Of a stretch of 20,100 nt of DNA, positions 1-8,579 are shown in pieces. The position numbers and the translations under genes were made by a program. Position 1 is the first letter of the stretch. Every line of letters starts with the position of its first letter. The stretch lies in contig JBMFOB010000020.1 of the NCBI GenBank assembly GCA_049969855.1, positions 1 through 20,100 on the forward strand, given 5' to 3'. The notes below the pieces were generated by a model. The model was not told the origin of the DNA, did no database searches, and worked only from the letters and a program-made list of their open reading frames with translations. Source of the stretch: Candidatus Bathyarchaeia archaeon. Its GTDB lineage: Archaea > Thermoproteota > Bathyarchaeia > Bathyarchaeales > Bathycorpusculaceae.

Positions 1-2
1 CT

Positions 3-641
3 CCATATGAGTTCAAACTGCACTTCACAGACTATCTAAAAAACACGACACAACTGCGAGAGAAAAAATGGAAACTCGTCAACCGCCTCCTAACAAACGG
101 AAATGTTTACCTAACAAAAACTGAAATTGCCAGACTGCTAAGCGAAGAAGTGCGAAGGCAAATTGAAAAAAGACTAAACGTTGAAGAGCTACCTCAACTT
201 CCGCCAGCAATAATGGATATAGCGGAAAAAATAAAAAAATTATCAATCGAAAAAATAGGAAAAACCGAAATGGAAGGATTCCCCAAAACCATAACTCAAA
301 CCGCTTTTCCTCCATGCATAAAAACCTTGTATGAAGCCACATCATCCGGCCGCCACATCTCACACATCGGACGGTTCACACTAACATCCTTCCTCATAAA
401 CATTGGAATGCCACCCGAAAACGTAATAGACTTATTCAAAAATTTCTCCGACTACGACCAAAGAATGACCACTTACCAAGTTGAACACATAGCAGGCGAA
501 AGAGGCTCAAGAACACGCTACATCCCACCAAAATGCGACACACTAAAAACCCACGGCATCTGCATGAACCCAGACATGTTATGCCAAAACATACGCCACC
601 CATTAGCTTACTACCGAAGGAAAGTAAAGACAACCAAATAA
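3..641 (+). CDS. priL: DNA primase large (regulatory) subunit PriL, 3' part; the gene starts upstream of the window
   Basis: The frame of ORF 150..641 is open back to position 3 (PYEFKLHFTDYLKNTTQLREKKWKLVNRLLTNGNVYL...). It has the PriL motifs WKLVNR, FPPC, SHxGRF, YQVEHIAG and YxPPKCxTL, and four C-terminal Cys (PPC, PKC, GIC, MLC) consistent with the 4Fe-4S domain. Confidence 0.95.
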   Translation, partial: PYEFKLHFTDYLKNTTQLREKKWKLVNRLLTNGNVYLTKTEIARLLSEEVRRQIEKRLNVEELPQLPPAIMDIAEKIKKLSIEKIGKTEMEGFPKTITQTAFPPCIKTLYEATSSGRHISHIGRFTLTSFLINIGMPPENVIDLFKNFSDYDQRMTTYQVEHIAGERGSRTRYIPPKCDTLKTHGICMNPDMLCQNIRHPLAYYRRKVKTTK

Positions 642-673
642 AACGGCTAAATTAAATGGTGCAACGGAGTAGA

Positions 674-719
674 TTTTATATAACACATGTCTAAATACTG
701 AACTTACATTTAAAGGTGA
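674..719 (+). promoter_or_regulatory. Putative TATA box (TTTTATATAA, 674-683) and Shine-Dalgarno (AAGGTGA, 713-719) for the GT2 gene at 729
   Basis: Both motifs are read directly in the 642-728 intergenic region, with spacing typical of archaeal promoters and RBSs. Confidence 0.55.
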
Positions 720-728
720 AAAACGGTA

Positions 729-1589
729 ATGGATTTTCATGAACTGGAAGGAAATCCCGAAATAGATACTGAAATCGGAGTAATCCTTCCAACTTACTGC
801 GAGGCGCAAAACATTGGAAGTTTAGTTCACGAAATTGAAAGTTTGAATTTGAATGCTTCTCTATTGGTTATAGATGATTCTAGTGTGGATGGAACAGCAA
901 ATGTTGTAAGAAAACTCCAAAAAGTGTATGACAACATTTTACTTTATGTAAGACCCAAAAAACTTGGTCTTGGAACAGCAATAACAGATGGCTTCAAAAT
1001 TTTCATGTCGCTGCAAAATCCTCCTAAGTATTTAATCACTATGGATGCAGACTATTCGCATAATCCAAAAGATATCCCACGGTTAATATCAAATATGAAA
1101 AAAGGATACCACCTTGTCATAGGAAGCAGATATTGCCGAGGGGGCACAACGTTAAATTGGAGTGTGGTGCGCCTTGCAATAAGCAAAGTTGCCAACCTCA
1201 TAGCGTCATTTATTATTGGAGAGAAAATAAGTGATTACACAAGTGGGTTGCGTTGCTATTCTATGAGTCTTGTCAGAAACATTATAGGGGGACTTCATAG
1301 CCAGACATATGAGATACAGATTGAAACCATAAGACAAGCGCACATCCGCAATTTCAAAATAAAAGAGATTCCAATAACATTCGAAAATAGGAAAAAAGGA
1401 AAATCCAAACTGACATTCAACGAAATAAAACAATTTATTACATATGTTTTCTTCAGACAGTTCCTAAACGTTAGCAAAAGCACCGAAATAGAATATTCCC
1501 TTACGAATGATTCTCGCATTCTGTTAACTTCTGAAAGAGAGTCATACTTGATAAATGCGTATAGAAGACGACCGCCAAGTTATGCTTGA
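729..1589 (+). CDS. GT2 glycosyltransferase, polyprenol/dolichol-phosphate mannose (hexose) synthase DPM1-like
   Basis: VILPTYxEAxNI, VIDDSSxDGT, RPKKLGLGTA, MDADYSHNP (DxD), VIGSRY, DYTSGxRxY, QIE and EIPITFENRKKGKSK are DPM1-like motifs. No obvious transmembrane tail. Confidence 0.85.
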   Translation: MDFHELEGNPEIDTEIGVILPTYCEAQNIGSLVHEIESLNLNASLLVIDDSSVDGTANVVRKLQKVYDNILLYVRPKKLGLGTAITDGFKIFMSLQNPPKYLITMDADYSHNPKDIPRLISNMKKGYHLVIGSRYCRGGTTLNWSVVRLAISKVANLIASFIIGEKISDYTSGLRCYSMSLVRNIIGGLHSQTYEIQIETIRQAHIRNFKIKEIPITFENRKKGKSKLTFNEIKQFITYVFFRQFLNVSKSTEIEYSLTNDSRILLTSERESYLINAYRRRPPSYA

Positions 1590-1700
1590 ATTTTTTAGAC
1601 ATTCTCTCTTTTACGTTATTATTCAAAGTTAGTTTTAAGAGAAAAATGAGGATCAATAGAGGATAATTAAAATAAACTTTTGAAACTTATTTAAAGAATT

Positions 1701-2732
1701 ATGAACGCTTTAAGGGAAAACTTGCCGTTCGTGACCTTGCTGGTTCTAAACTATAATGGCAAAAAATATTTACCGTTATGTTTAGATTCACTGTTTAAAA
1801 CCCATTATCCCACGTTTGAGGTTATTGTTATAGATAACTGTTCATCAGATGATTCTGTCGAGTTTGTGAAGAAAAAGTATCCTAATGTCAAGATAATCCA
1901 AAATAGCGAAAATCTTGGGTATGCCCGTGCAATTAATTTGGCAATGGAACTTGTTGAGAGCGAACATGTTGTTTTTCTTAATAACGACATTGTGGTTGAG
2001 CCCGGCTGGTTGGGGCAATTAATTCGCTATATAAGCGTAAAGGATGTGGCAGCAGTGAACCCTAAAATTCTCTTTTTAGGCAATGAAAAAATCATAAACG
2101 CTGTTGGGGGGAATTGCGATGTCTACGGGGTTGGTTGGAACAGGGGGAATGGCGAATTTGACAAGGGTCAATATGGAGCGGTTGAAGAAGTTTTTTACGT
2201 AAATGGGGCAGCCATGCTTACAAGAAAGAGCATATGGAAAGATGTGGGACCTTTTGACGAACGCTATTTTCTTTATGGCGAAGATTTAGATTGGTGTTGG
2301 AGAGCGAGATTGAAAGGATACAAACTTCTTTATGTTTCGTATGCAAAAATTTATCATCAGTGGCGAGGTTCGCGGGGAGCGATAATTGAGTTTTTGGAAA
2401 GGCATTGGCTTGCAAGTTTCCTCAAAAATTATAGTTTTAAAACAATTTGCATTTTGTTTCCAAGATACTTAGTTTTGAAATTTCTGAAGGCGATGTGGTT
2501 GATGAAAAATGGAAGGGGGCTTCGTGAAAAATTTGCGGTTTTTCAGGGTTTTCTTTGGAATTTGGTCAATTTTAAAGGCACTTGGCTCAAACATTTACTT
2601 GTTCAATCTTCAAGAAAAGTTTCTGATAAAGAAATCCAAAGATACATGTATAAAGGAAGTTTTGAACTTTCTGCATGGATTGGCAAAATTGAACATCCAT
2701 TAACAAAACGGTTTAAAAATACAGAATTATGA
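1701..2732 (+). CDS. GT2 family glycosyltransferase (WbbL/rhamnosyltransferase-like subgroup)
   Basis: VLNYNG, VIDNCSSDDS, NxENLGYARAIN, FLNND (DxD-like), NGAAML, GPFDERYFLYGEDLDWCWRARLKG. Confidence 0.9.
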   Translation: MNALRENLPFVTLLVLNYNGKKYLPLCLDSLFKTHYPTFEVIVIDNCSSDDSVEFVKKKYPNVKIIQNSENLGYARAINLAMELVESEHVVFLNNDIVVEPGWLGQLIRYISVKDVAAVNPKILFLGNEKIINAVGGNCDVYGVGWNRGNGEFDKGQYGAVEEVFYVNGAAMLTRKSIWKDVGPFDERYFLYGEDLDWCWRARLKGYKLLYVSYAKIYHQWRGSRGAIIEFLERHWLASFLKNYSFKTICILFPRYLVLKFLKAMWLMKNGRGLREKFAVFQGFLWNLVNFKGTWLKHLLVQSSRKVSDKEIQRYMYKGSFELSAWIGKIEHPLTKRFKNTEL

Positions 2733-2782
2733 ATTTGACTCTTTATTGAGAATTTTTGGATTCACTAATCCATATTATTTAA

Positions 2783-3904
2783 TTAATTTCTGGAGATGCT
2801 TTCAATTAGGAGTTTAATTAAATTCATGCTTTTTTGCCACGTAAATTTTCTGGCAAATTTCGCAGCTTTTTCTCCCATTTTCATTCTTAATGAATCGTCA
2901 TCTAGCAGAAACTCCAAACGCTTAATAAACTCCATGGAATCTTCAACTAAAAAGCCTGTTTCTCCATTAACTGTCACTTCAGGATGCGCTCCAACGTTGA
3001 AGGCTACCACTGGCTTTTGATTTGCTTGGGCTGCGACAAGAGGAATGTTGAAGCCTTCCCATTTTGAGGCGGTGCAGTAAATGTCAGATGCCGCCAAACA
3101 GAGCTTTAACATGTCGTATGATATGTTTGTTAGGATATGCACATTTTTCTTAGATGTTGAATTCGCTATGTCTTTTGGAACGTTGCCTCCGCCGACTATA
3201 AGAAGTGTTATGTCGTCTCGTTTCTTTTGAAGCGTTGCAAATATTTTAGCTATTTCTCTCATTCCTTTATAAGGAGTTGAAAATCTGCCTATAGAGAGTA
3301 TCAGCTTTTTTCCTTCAACTTTTAATTGCTTCCTAAACTGCTCCGCGGCCTTTTTTTCGCCAATCAAATGTTCTATACCATGATAATTTACTAAGGCCTT
3401 TTTTCTAAGATTTTTTGGAAGCATATTTTTTGTGTATTTGCTGTTTGTCATTATGTAATCTGCAAAGTGAAAGCTTGAATTCCATGTTAAAGTTTGGCGG
3501 AAAACTTCCATTTTACGTTTAAAGGAATCAAGCACATTGTACGGAGTGACGCCGAAAAAATACATTATTACAGGCTTTCTATACCTAACTTTCACTGTTG
3601 CCCCAACTAAATGCATGGGGTCGCAAGTTATTAGAATATCATATTTTTGTAAATATTTTAAAAAAACGCTGATAGAGCGTATATCTGAAAGGAAATGTTG
3701 CTGCCAATAATCATCAAGAAAAGGTAAACGGAAAGGTTGCAGTTCCCTTATGTTTACTCTTGAATTGTTTAATGGAAAGTTGAATTCATTTGTGAAAATG
3801 GTGACGTCGTAACCCATTTTAAGAAGTTCTTTTGAGATTATGCTAGCAATTTCACCTATTCCATATCCAAGAGTCATACTTTTTGTTGCTATAGCTATTT
3901 TCAT
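2783..3904 (-). CDS. GT4 family (GT-B fold) glycosyltransferase
   Basis: MKIAI start, L..MGYDVTIFT, NSKYTK, YHGI, SIGRF..YKG, SKWEGFNIPLVAAQA..KPVVAFNVGAHPEV..NGETGFLV, RMKMG..A..FTW. Confidence 0.9.
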   Translation of the reverse strand: MKIAIATKSMTLGYGIGEIASIISKELLKMGYDVTIFTNEFNFPLNNSRVNIRELQPFRLPFLDDYWQQHFLSDIRSISVFLKYLQKYDILITCDPMHLVGATVKVRYRKPVIMYFFGVTPYNVLDSFKRKMEVFRQTLTWNSSFHFADYIMTNSKYTKNMLPKNLRKKALVNYHGIEHLIGEKKAAEQFRKQLKVEGKKLILSIGRFSTPYKGMREIAKIFATLQKKRDDITLLIVGGGNVPKDIANSTSKKNVHILTNISYDMLKLCLAASDIYCTASKWEGFNIPLVAAQANQKPVVAFNVGAHPEVTVNGETGFLVEDSMEFIKRLEFLLDDDSLRMKMGEKAAKFARKFTWQKSMNLIKLLIESISRN

Positions 3905-3924
3905 TTGTTCACCATTCTAGCGGT

Positions 3925-5877
3925 TTAGGTTGGCAAATGATTTATTATGGAAACTTCTAACCAGTTGACTTTTATTCCTGTGTAAATTGACGGGTCTATT
4001 ATCATAAAGTCTACTTCTTCTTTGGGATTAAAAATCGTTATAGAAAAAGTAAAAGTTTCATATTTTTCAGCTTCCACAAACGCATTTCCGAATATATCAA
4101 CGGTTTTGATTATGCTTCGGTTTTGTTCAACCTGGAGAGTGCATACTGTTTCATTTTCATCAACTTTGGGAGAGATTTCAAGGCAATATATGATATTGTA
4201 TATGCCTGGGGGGAAATATTGACCAAACAGTGTAGTATCTGCGCCGATTTTTACCTCATAATCATTGTGTATTGTGAAGGGTATAAATTCGGTTAAATTG
4301 CCTTTATACCCATATTTGTATATTAGTACACCGTCAATGGAGGCATATAACCCATAGTTTCCTTTCTCATACACGTTCTTAAACGTGAGCAAATGAGCCA
4401 TGTAGTGGGCATAGGTTCTGACATCTGGGTTCAAGTCAATTATGATATAGTCTAATTTTTTGTCATAAAGAGAGTTTGCATATTCATAGTAGTACTCTCT
4501 TCTGAAGGCTGCAAATGGAGGAGGAATGACATAAGCGTCTATCATGTTTGAAATGTGTGGAAAAAGATCGTACTCAGCTAAGATTGATGCATTTGGTGAA
4601 GTGTTTTTTATCCAGCTTAAGGCTTCTGCAACTTTTCTGTCATGTTCGCTGATCATATGGAATCGTAGGTCTGCTATTGGTGAGAATGTGAAGATTAATG
4701 TTAGCGATGAAAGTACGCCAACTAAGAGAAGTTTTTTTGCAATTTTATGTGATTCGCTTTTTTCAAGCTTAAACCTAGCGCAGAAGTTGCGGAATCCTTC
4801 TACTGCAGCTACTATTAAAAATGGAATAAACAGTGCCGAGTAGTGGAATCCTAAAGTATAGTAAGGGGCATAGTTTGAGAGGAATGCTAACAAAAGCCAA
4901 AATAAAACTGGAAGAAATCTTGAAAGTTTAAAAATGGGCAAAAATGCCAAAGGGATTAATATTGTTATAAGGAAAAAGAGTTTTGACTGAAGTTCAAATT
5001 TTATTGCTCCTAGAAAGTTGAAACTACCTATGTTAAGCCAGCTGGAAGGATTTAGCGGGTTTCCTCCCAAAATTTCCCAAGGTGAACCTTCCACGAATCC
5101 AGAAGGAGGATTTGGGTTAAAAAGTCGAATGAGCAGTGTTGCTATGAGAAACCAAGACAACGACGTTATTATTGTTAAGATTAAGACTAATGTTTTCTTT
5201 TGGCATGGTTCTTTTCCCTTTAGCCATGCGCGAATATGCTTTCTTTCCAATAATAATTCTCCAACAGCGAATGTTAAAAAGCCTAAGGACATGAATTCTT
5301 TTGCTAGACAACTTAGCCACATAAACACGAAATAAAAGTTCCATCGTTCCTTCATAAAAAAGTAAAGGGAGAAAAGGGCTAAAGGGACAAAGAAGGCGTC
5401 AGGGTGAAAGTCAAATATGTTTACGCTGTAAATGAGCGGATTGAAAAGATAGAATGCTGAAAAAATTATGCCAAGCGTCTTGCTGTTTAAAATTTCTTTT
5501 GCGATAAAGAATGTTGGGTATACGCCAATAGCGAGGACAATTGTTTGAATAATAAGTAATGTCTCTGGGGCTGGAAAGACTGCATAAAATGGTAGGACGC
5601 TGAAGAGTATGGGGCTAAAATGGACGCCAAAGATGGAGCCTCCAGGGTTCGCGTAGAGCTCGGCAGTATAATAGAACAGTTTTCCATTAAGTGTTGTATA
5701 ACATGCTTGGCTGAAAATTCCAAGGTCCCATGTTGATGTTTCAAATGAGTAGTGTCTAACCAAAACTATGAGGCTTAAGATTGCTATGTACGCTATTACC
5801 ATTATGTGAAGAATTCTGTACTCTTTTAGCCATTTCAGCAAATTTAGCAAGCGATTGCGGAGTATTTCAGTCTTCAT
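3925..5877 (-). CDS. DUF2079-like multi-pass membrane protein (predicted GT-C-type glycosyltransferase) with a soluble C-terminal beta-rich domain
   Basis: WDLGIFSQA, FGVHFSPIL, PETLLIIQ, NxFDFHPDAF, KE and HYSAxxIP motifs. Many hydrophobic segments in the first ~400 aa, followed by a polar domain with several N-x-S/T sequons. Confidence 0.75.
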   Translation of the reverse strand: MKTEILRNRLLNLLKWLKEYRILHIMVIAYIAILSLIVLVRHYSFETSTWDLGIFSQACYTTLNGKLFYYTAELYANPGGSIFGVHFSPILFSVLPFYAVFPAPETLLIIQTIVLAIGVYPTFFIAKEILNSKTLGIIFSAFYLFNPLIYSVNIFDFHPDAFFVPLALFSLYFFMKERWNFYFVFMWLSCLAKEFMSLGFLTFAVGELLLERKHIRAWLKGKEPCQKKTLVLILTIITSLSWFLIATLLIRLFNPNPPSGFVEGSPWEILGGNPLNPSSWLNIGSFNFLGAIKFELQSKLFFLITILIPLAFLPIFKLSRFLPVLFWLLLAFLSNYAPYYTLGFHYSALFIPFLIVAAVEGFRNFCARFKLEKSESHKIAKKLLLVGVLSSLTLIFTFSPIADLRFHMISEHDRKVAEALSWIKNTSPNASILAEYDLFPHISNMIDAYVIPPPFAAFRREYYYEYANSLYDKKLDYIIIDLNPDVRTYAHYMAHLLTFKNVYEKGNYGLYASIDGVLIYKYGYKGNLTEFIPFTIHNDYEVKIGADTTLFGQYFPPGIYNIIYCLEISPKVDENETVCTLQVEQNRSIIKTVDIFGNAFVEAEKYETFTFSITIFNPKEEVDFMIIDPSIYTGIKVNWLEVSIINHLPT

Positions 5878-6019
5878 TTTATTTGCTCACTAAGCTAGTT
5901 TTAGACTATTCTTTAAAACTCTTATCTTGCTGGCGCTTGAGAATTTAGGCTTTGTCATAGTGCAAGTATCCTTTAGAAACACCTTTCAATAAGTTTTATC
6001 TTCTGTTAAGACGATGTAA

Positions 6020-7252
6020 GTGGTAAACTTGAGCTCGTCAGCCTTTATACAAGAAAGGTTCCGCGACTATTATGTAAAAGACTTTTTCTTAGCTGATTCT
6101 GTTTTTATGATTGAGAAGCGTGAGTTTGGTTTTATTTTGTTCAAGGAAGGAATGCTTCGCCATAAAAAATTCAAGGATAAAGGTGAGCTTGAGGCTTTTT
6201 TGAGGGGTTTTGTGCCGTCGGATGTTTACTACTCTTGTGCTTATTATGAAGATCCGGAGGCTGAGATGGAAAAGAAAGGGTGGCTTGGTGCTGATTTGAT
6301 TTTTGATATTGATGCAGATCACATCGCTACATCTTGCAGTAAGGTTCATGATGAATGGATTTGTGGCAGCTGTGGGTTTTCTGGAAAGGGAATTGAACCT
6401 GAAAAATGTCCCATTTGTGGTGGCGAAAAGTTTGAGGTGAATACTTGGCCTTGTGAAAACTGTTTGGCTTCGGCAAGGGCAGAAACTGTGAAACTTTTGG
6501 ACATGTTGATGGAAGATTTTGGTTTTTCTGAAAAGGAATTACATGTATTTTTTTCGGGGCATCGTGGCTATCATGTTCATGTAGAAAGCGAAGCGGTAAA
6601 AAGTTTAGATGCGATTGCACGTAAAGAGATAGTGGACTATGTTTGTGGTTTAGGGTTCGATGCAACTCTTCAAGGATTAAGCGAAAGAGACTCCTACGCT
6701 TTTGAAAGTCTGAACCTAAATAGTTCTGGATGGCGTAGAAGAGTTGCCCGTGGCATGTATGATTTTTTGCTCAATGCTAACCCAGATGATTATAAGGGTT
6801 TAGGAGTGAAAGGAAACGTTTCCAAAGCCATAATAAAGAACAAAGATGCTATTTTAAAAAAGCTAAGCGTTCCAGGTTCCTATGGTGCCGTCAAAGGGGT
6901 AGGTTTTGAGACTTTGAAGAAGATTGCTGAATATTGCGCGAAATCTCAGTCCGCGCAGGTTGACACTGTTGTTACAACGGATATTCATCGCTTAATTAGG
7001 TTGGCTAACACGTTGCACGGCAAAACGGGCCTAAAAAAGGTTGAGTTTCCAATTTCTAAAATCGAAGATTTCGACCCCTTTGAAAATGCGGTAGCCTTTA
7101 AAAATGGAACTGCAACTGTTTTTGTTTCCAATGCGCCAAAGTTTAAACTTAACAATGAGGTTTTTGGTCCATATAGAAATCAGAAGGTTGAATTACCCAT
7201 GGCTGCAGCCGTGCTTCTCGTATGCAAAGGTAGGGCGGAGGTTGTAGAGTAA
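6020..7252 (+). CDS. priS: DNA primase small (catalytic) subunit PriS
   Basis: REFGF, PSDVYYSCAYY, GADLIFDIDAD (catalytic DxD), FSGHRGYHVH, VDTVVTTDIHRLIRLANTLHGKTG. The start is non-ATG (GTG 6020 or TTG 6029). Confidence 0.96.
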   Translation: MVNLSSSAFIQERFRDYYVKDFFLADSVFMIEKREFGFILFKEGMLRHKKFKDKGELEAFLRGFVPSDVYYSCAYYEDPEAEMEKKGWLGADLIFDIDADHIATSCSKVHDEWICGSCGFSGKGIEPEKCPICGGEKFEVNTWPCENCLASARAETVKLLDMLMEDFGFSEKELHVFFSGHRGYHVHVESEAVKSLDAIARKEIVDYVCGLGFDATLQGLSERDSYAFESLNLNSSGWRRRVARGMYDFLLNANPDDYKGLGVKGNVSKAIIKNKDAILKKLSVPGSYGAVKGVGFETLKKIAEYCAKSQSAQVDTVVTTDIHRLIRLANTLHGKTGLKKVEFPISKIEDFDPFENAVAFKNGTATVFVSNAPKFKLNNEVFGPYRNQKVELPMAAAVLLVCKGRAEVVE

Positions 7253-7253
7253 A

Positions 7254-7805
7254 ATGTATAATGAGTTATACGAGGTTTGGAGGCAAGAGCTTGAGAATGT
7301 TGAACTTGTGAGGCTTCCAGATGATTTTTACTCGAGAGTTGCTGATTATCTAAAAAGAATCAGAGAAGAAAGCCGCATGCTTGATAAAAGAACTGTGAAG
7401 GCAAGTCTTCTGAAGAAAGAATGGCAGAATGTTAAACGCATGCTTCGTGAGTTGATTCGAGCGCGTTACAAAAAGTTGGTCGAAAAAGTGGCTAAGGGTG
7501 AAAAAATACCGGTAGATGCCTTAACGGTGGAGGAAAGGAAAATTTTTACTGATGTTTCACCTTTTGCAGAAGCATACCAACACTTTGCCAAAAACCTTAT
7601 TCAGGGACAATTTTTGAAGATTAGCGTTGAAAAGAAACACAAAACCGTTGTTTTACGCTTTAGAAAGGACGTGCCAGCCATTATCGGTTCAGACATGAAG
7701 ACTTATGGGCCGTTCAAAATTGAAGATATTGCATCCTTACCAGCAGAGAATGCCAAAATATTGGTTAAACAGGGTTTGGCTGAGAAAGTTGAGGTGCCTT
7801 CTTAA
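7254..7805 (+). CDS. GINS complex subunit Gins15 (Gins51; A-B domain order)
   Basis: Starts 1 nt after the priS stop. Helical A domain (LxxLPDDFY, RxxKL, LTxEER) plus C-terminal B domain (RFRKDVPAIIGSDMKTYGPFKxEDIASLPxENAKIL). The priS-gins15 adjacency is conserved in archaea. Confidence 0.9.
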   Translation: MYNELYEVWRQELENVELVRLPDDFYSRVADYLKRIREESRMLDKRTVKASLLKKEWQNVKRMLRELIRARYKKLVEKVAKGEKIPVDALTVEERKIFTDVSPFAEAYQHFAKNLIQGQFLKISVEKKHKTVVLRFRKDVPAIIGSDMKTYGPFKIEDIASLPAENAKILVKQGLAEKVEVPS

Positions 7806-8579
7806 TTTTAAAGAACCAGGAACCACCAAATAGTTTTAGATATTTTCTTTTTCCAAAAATGGATGAAAGTTTATCTCCAATTTTGCAGACGAGTTTGGCT
7901 ATGATTCCTTTGCACCAAACAATTTTTCGTCTGTTACGTGTATAAACTGTTTCGATAACTGGTAGAATGAAAGAGCCTACAAACCTCGCTGTATTGAATG
8001 ACAACAACTCAAAACCAGTAGCAGCAATGAGGGATTTAACTTGTTTTTCGGAATATTCGCGATGAAATGGGAAGATATTATGTTTTTTAACGAAAAAATC
8101 TGAAAGCTTGTTTTGAAGGTGGTATTTTCCAGGCACATCTAAAACCGCAACTCCACTCATTGTTTAGAACTCTCCATATCTCCCTAAGAACTTTCTTTTC
8201 GTCAACCACATGTTCCAAAACTGCAGTACATGCTACTCGATCAAAACACTCATCTATAAATGGTAAACAAGAAGCATCTGCAAGGACAAACGTGCATTTT
8301 TTTGCCGAAGCATCTTCGCTTAGCTCTTTTAAGATCTGCGGAGTTTAAATCTACACCAACGCATTCGAGCTTTTCATATGATTCGGACATCAATTTGAGA
8401 AGATGCCCTTGTCCACAACCAACATCCAAAACGTTTTTGGCCATGAACAAGTCTAGATTTTCAATGGCTCTCTTTTTCGTTTCATAATATGTGTGCATGT
8501 AAACATAGTTCATAGAGAACAAAGAATCCATTTCTTCGAATAGCGCTTGTCTATAGAATTTTTCAGTTGATTTCTTCAT
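7765..8579 (-). pseudogene. Class I SAM-dependent methyltransferase (UbiE/Methyltransf_11-like) split over three frames by two +1 frameshifts
   Basis: ATG at 8579 overlaps the sortase stop (ATGA). Frame 1: ...VLDVGCGQG...VGVDLNSADLKRAKRRCFGKK. After the T7 tract at 8297-8303, frame 2: CTFVLADASCLPFIDECFDRVACTAVLEHVVDEKKVLREIWRVL. After ~8161, frame 3: SGVAVLDVPG...PFHREYS...GFELL. Together these give contiguous methyltransferase motifs. Confidence 0.85.
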
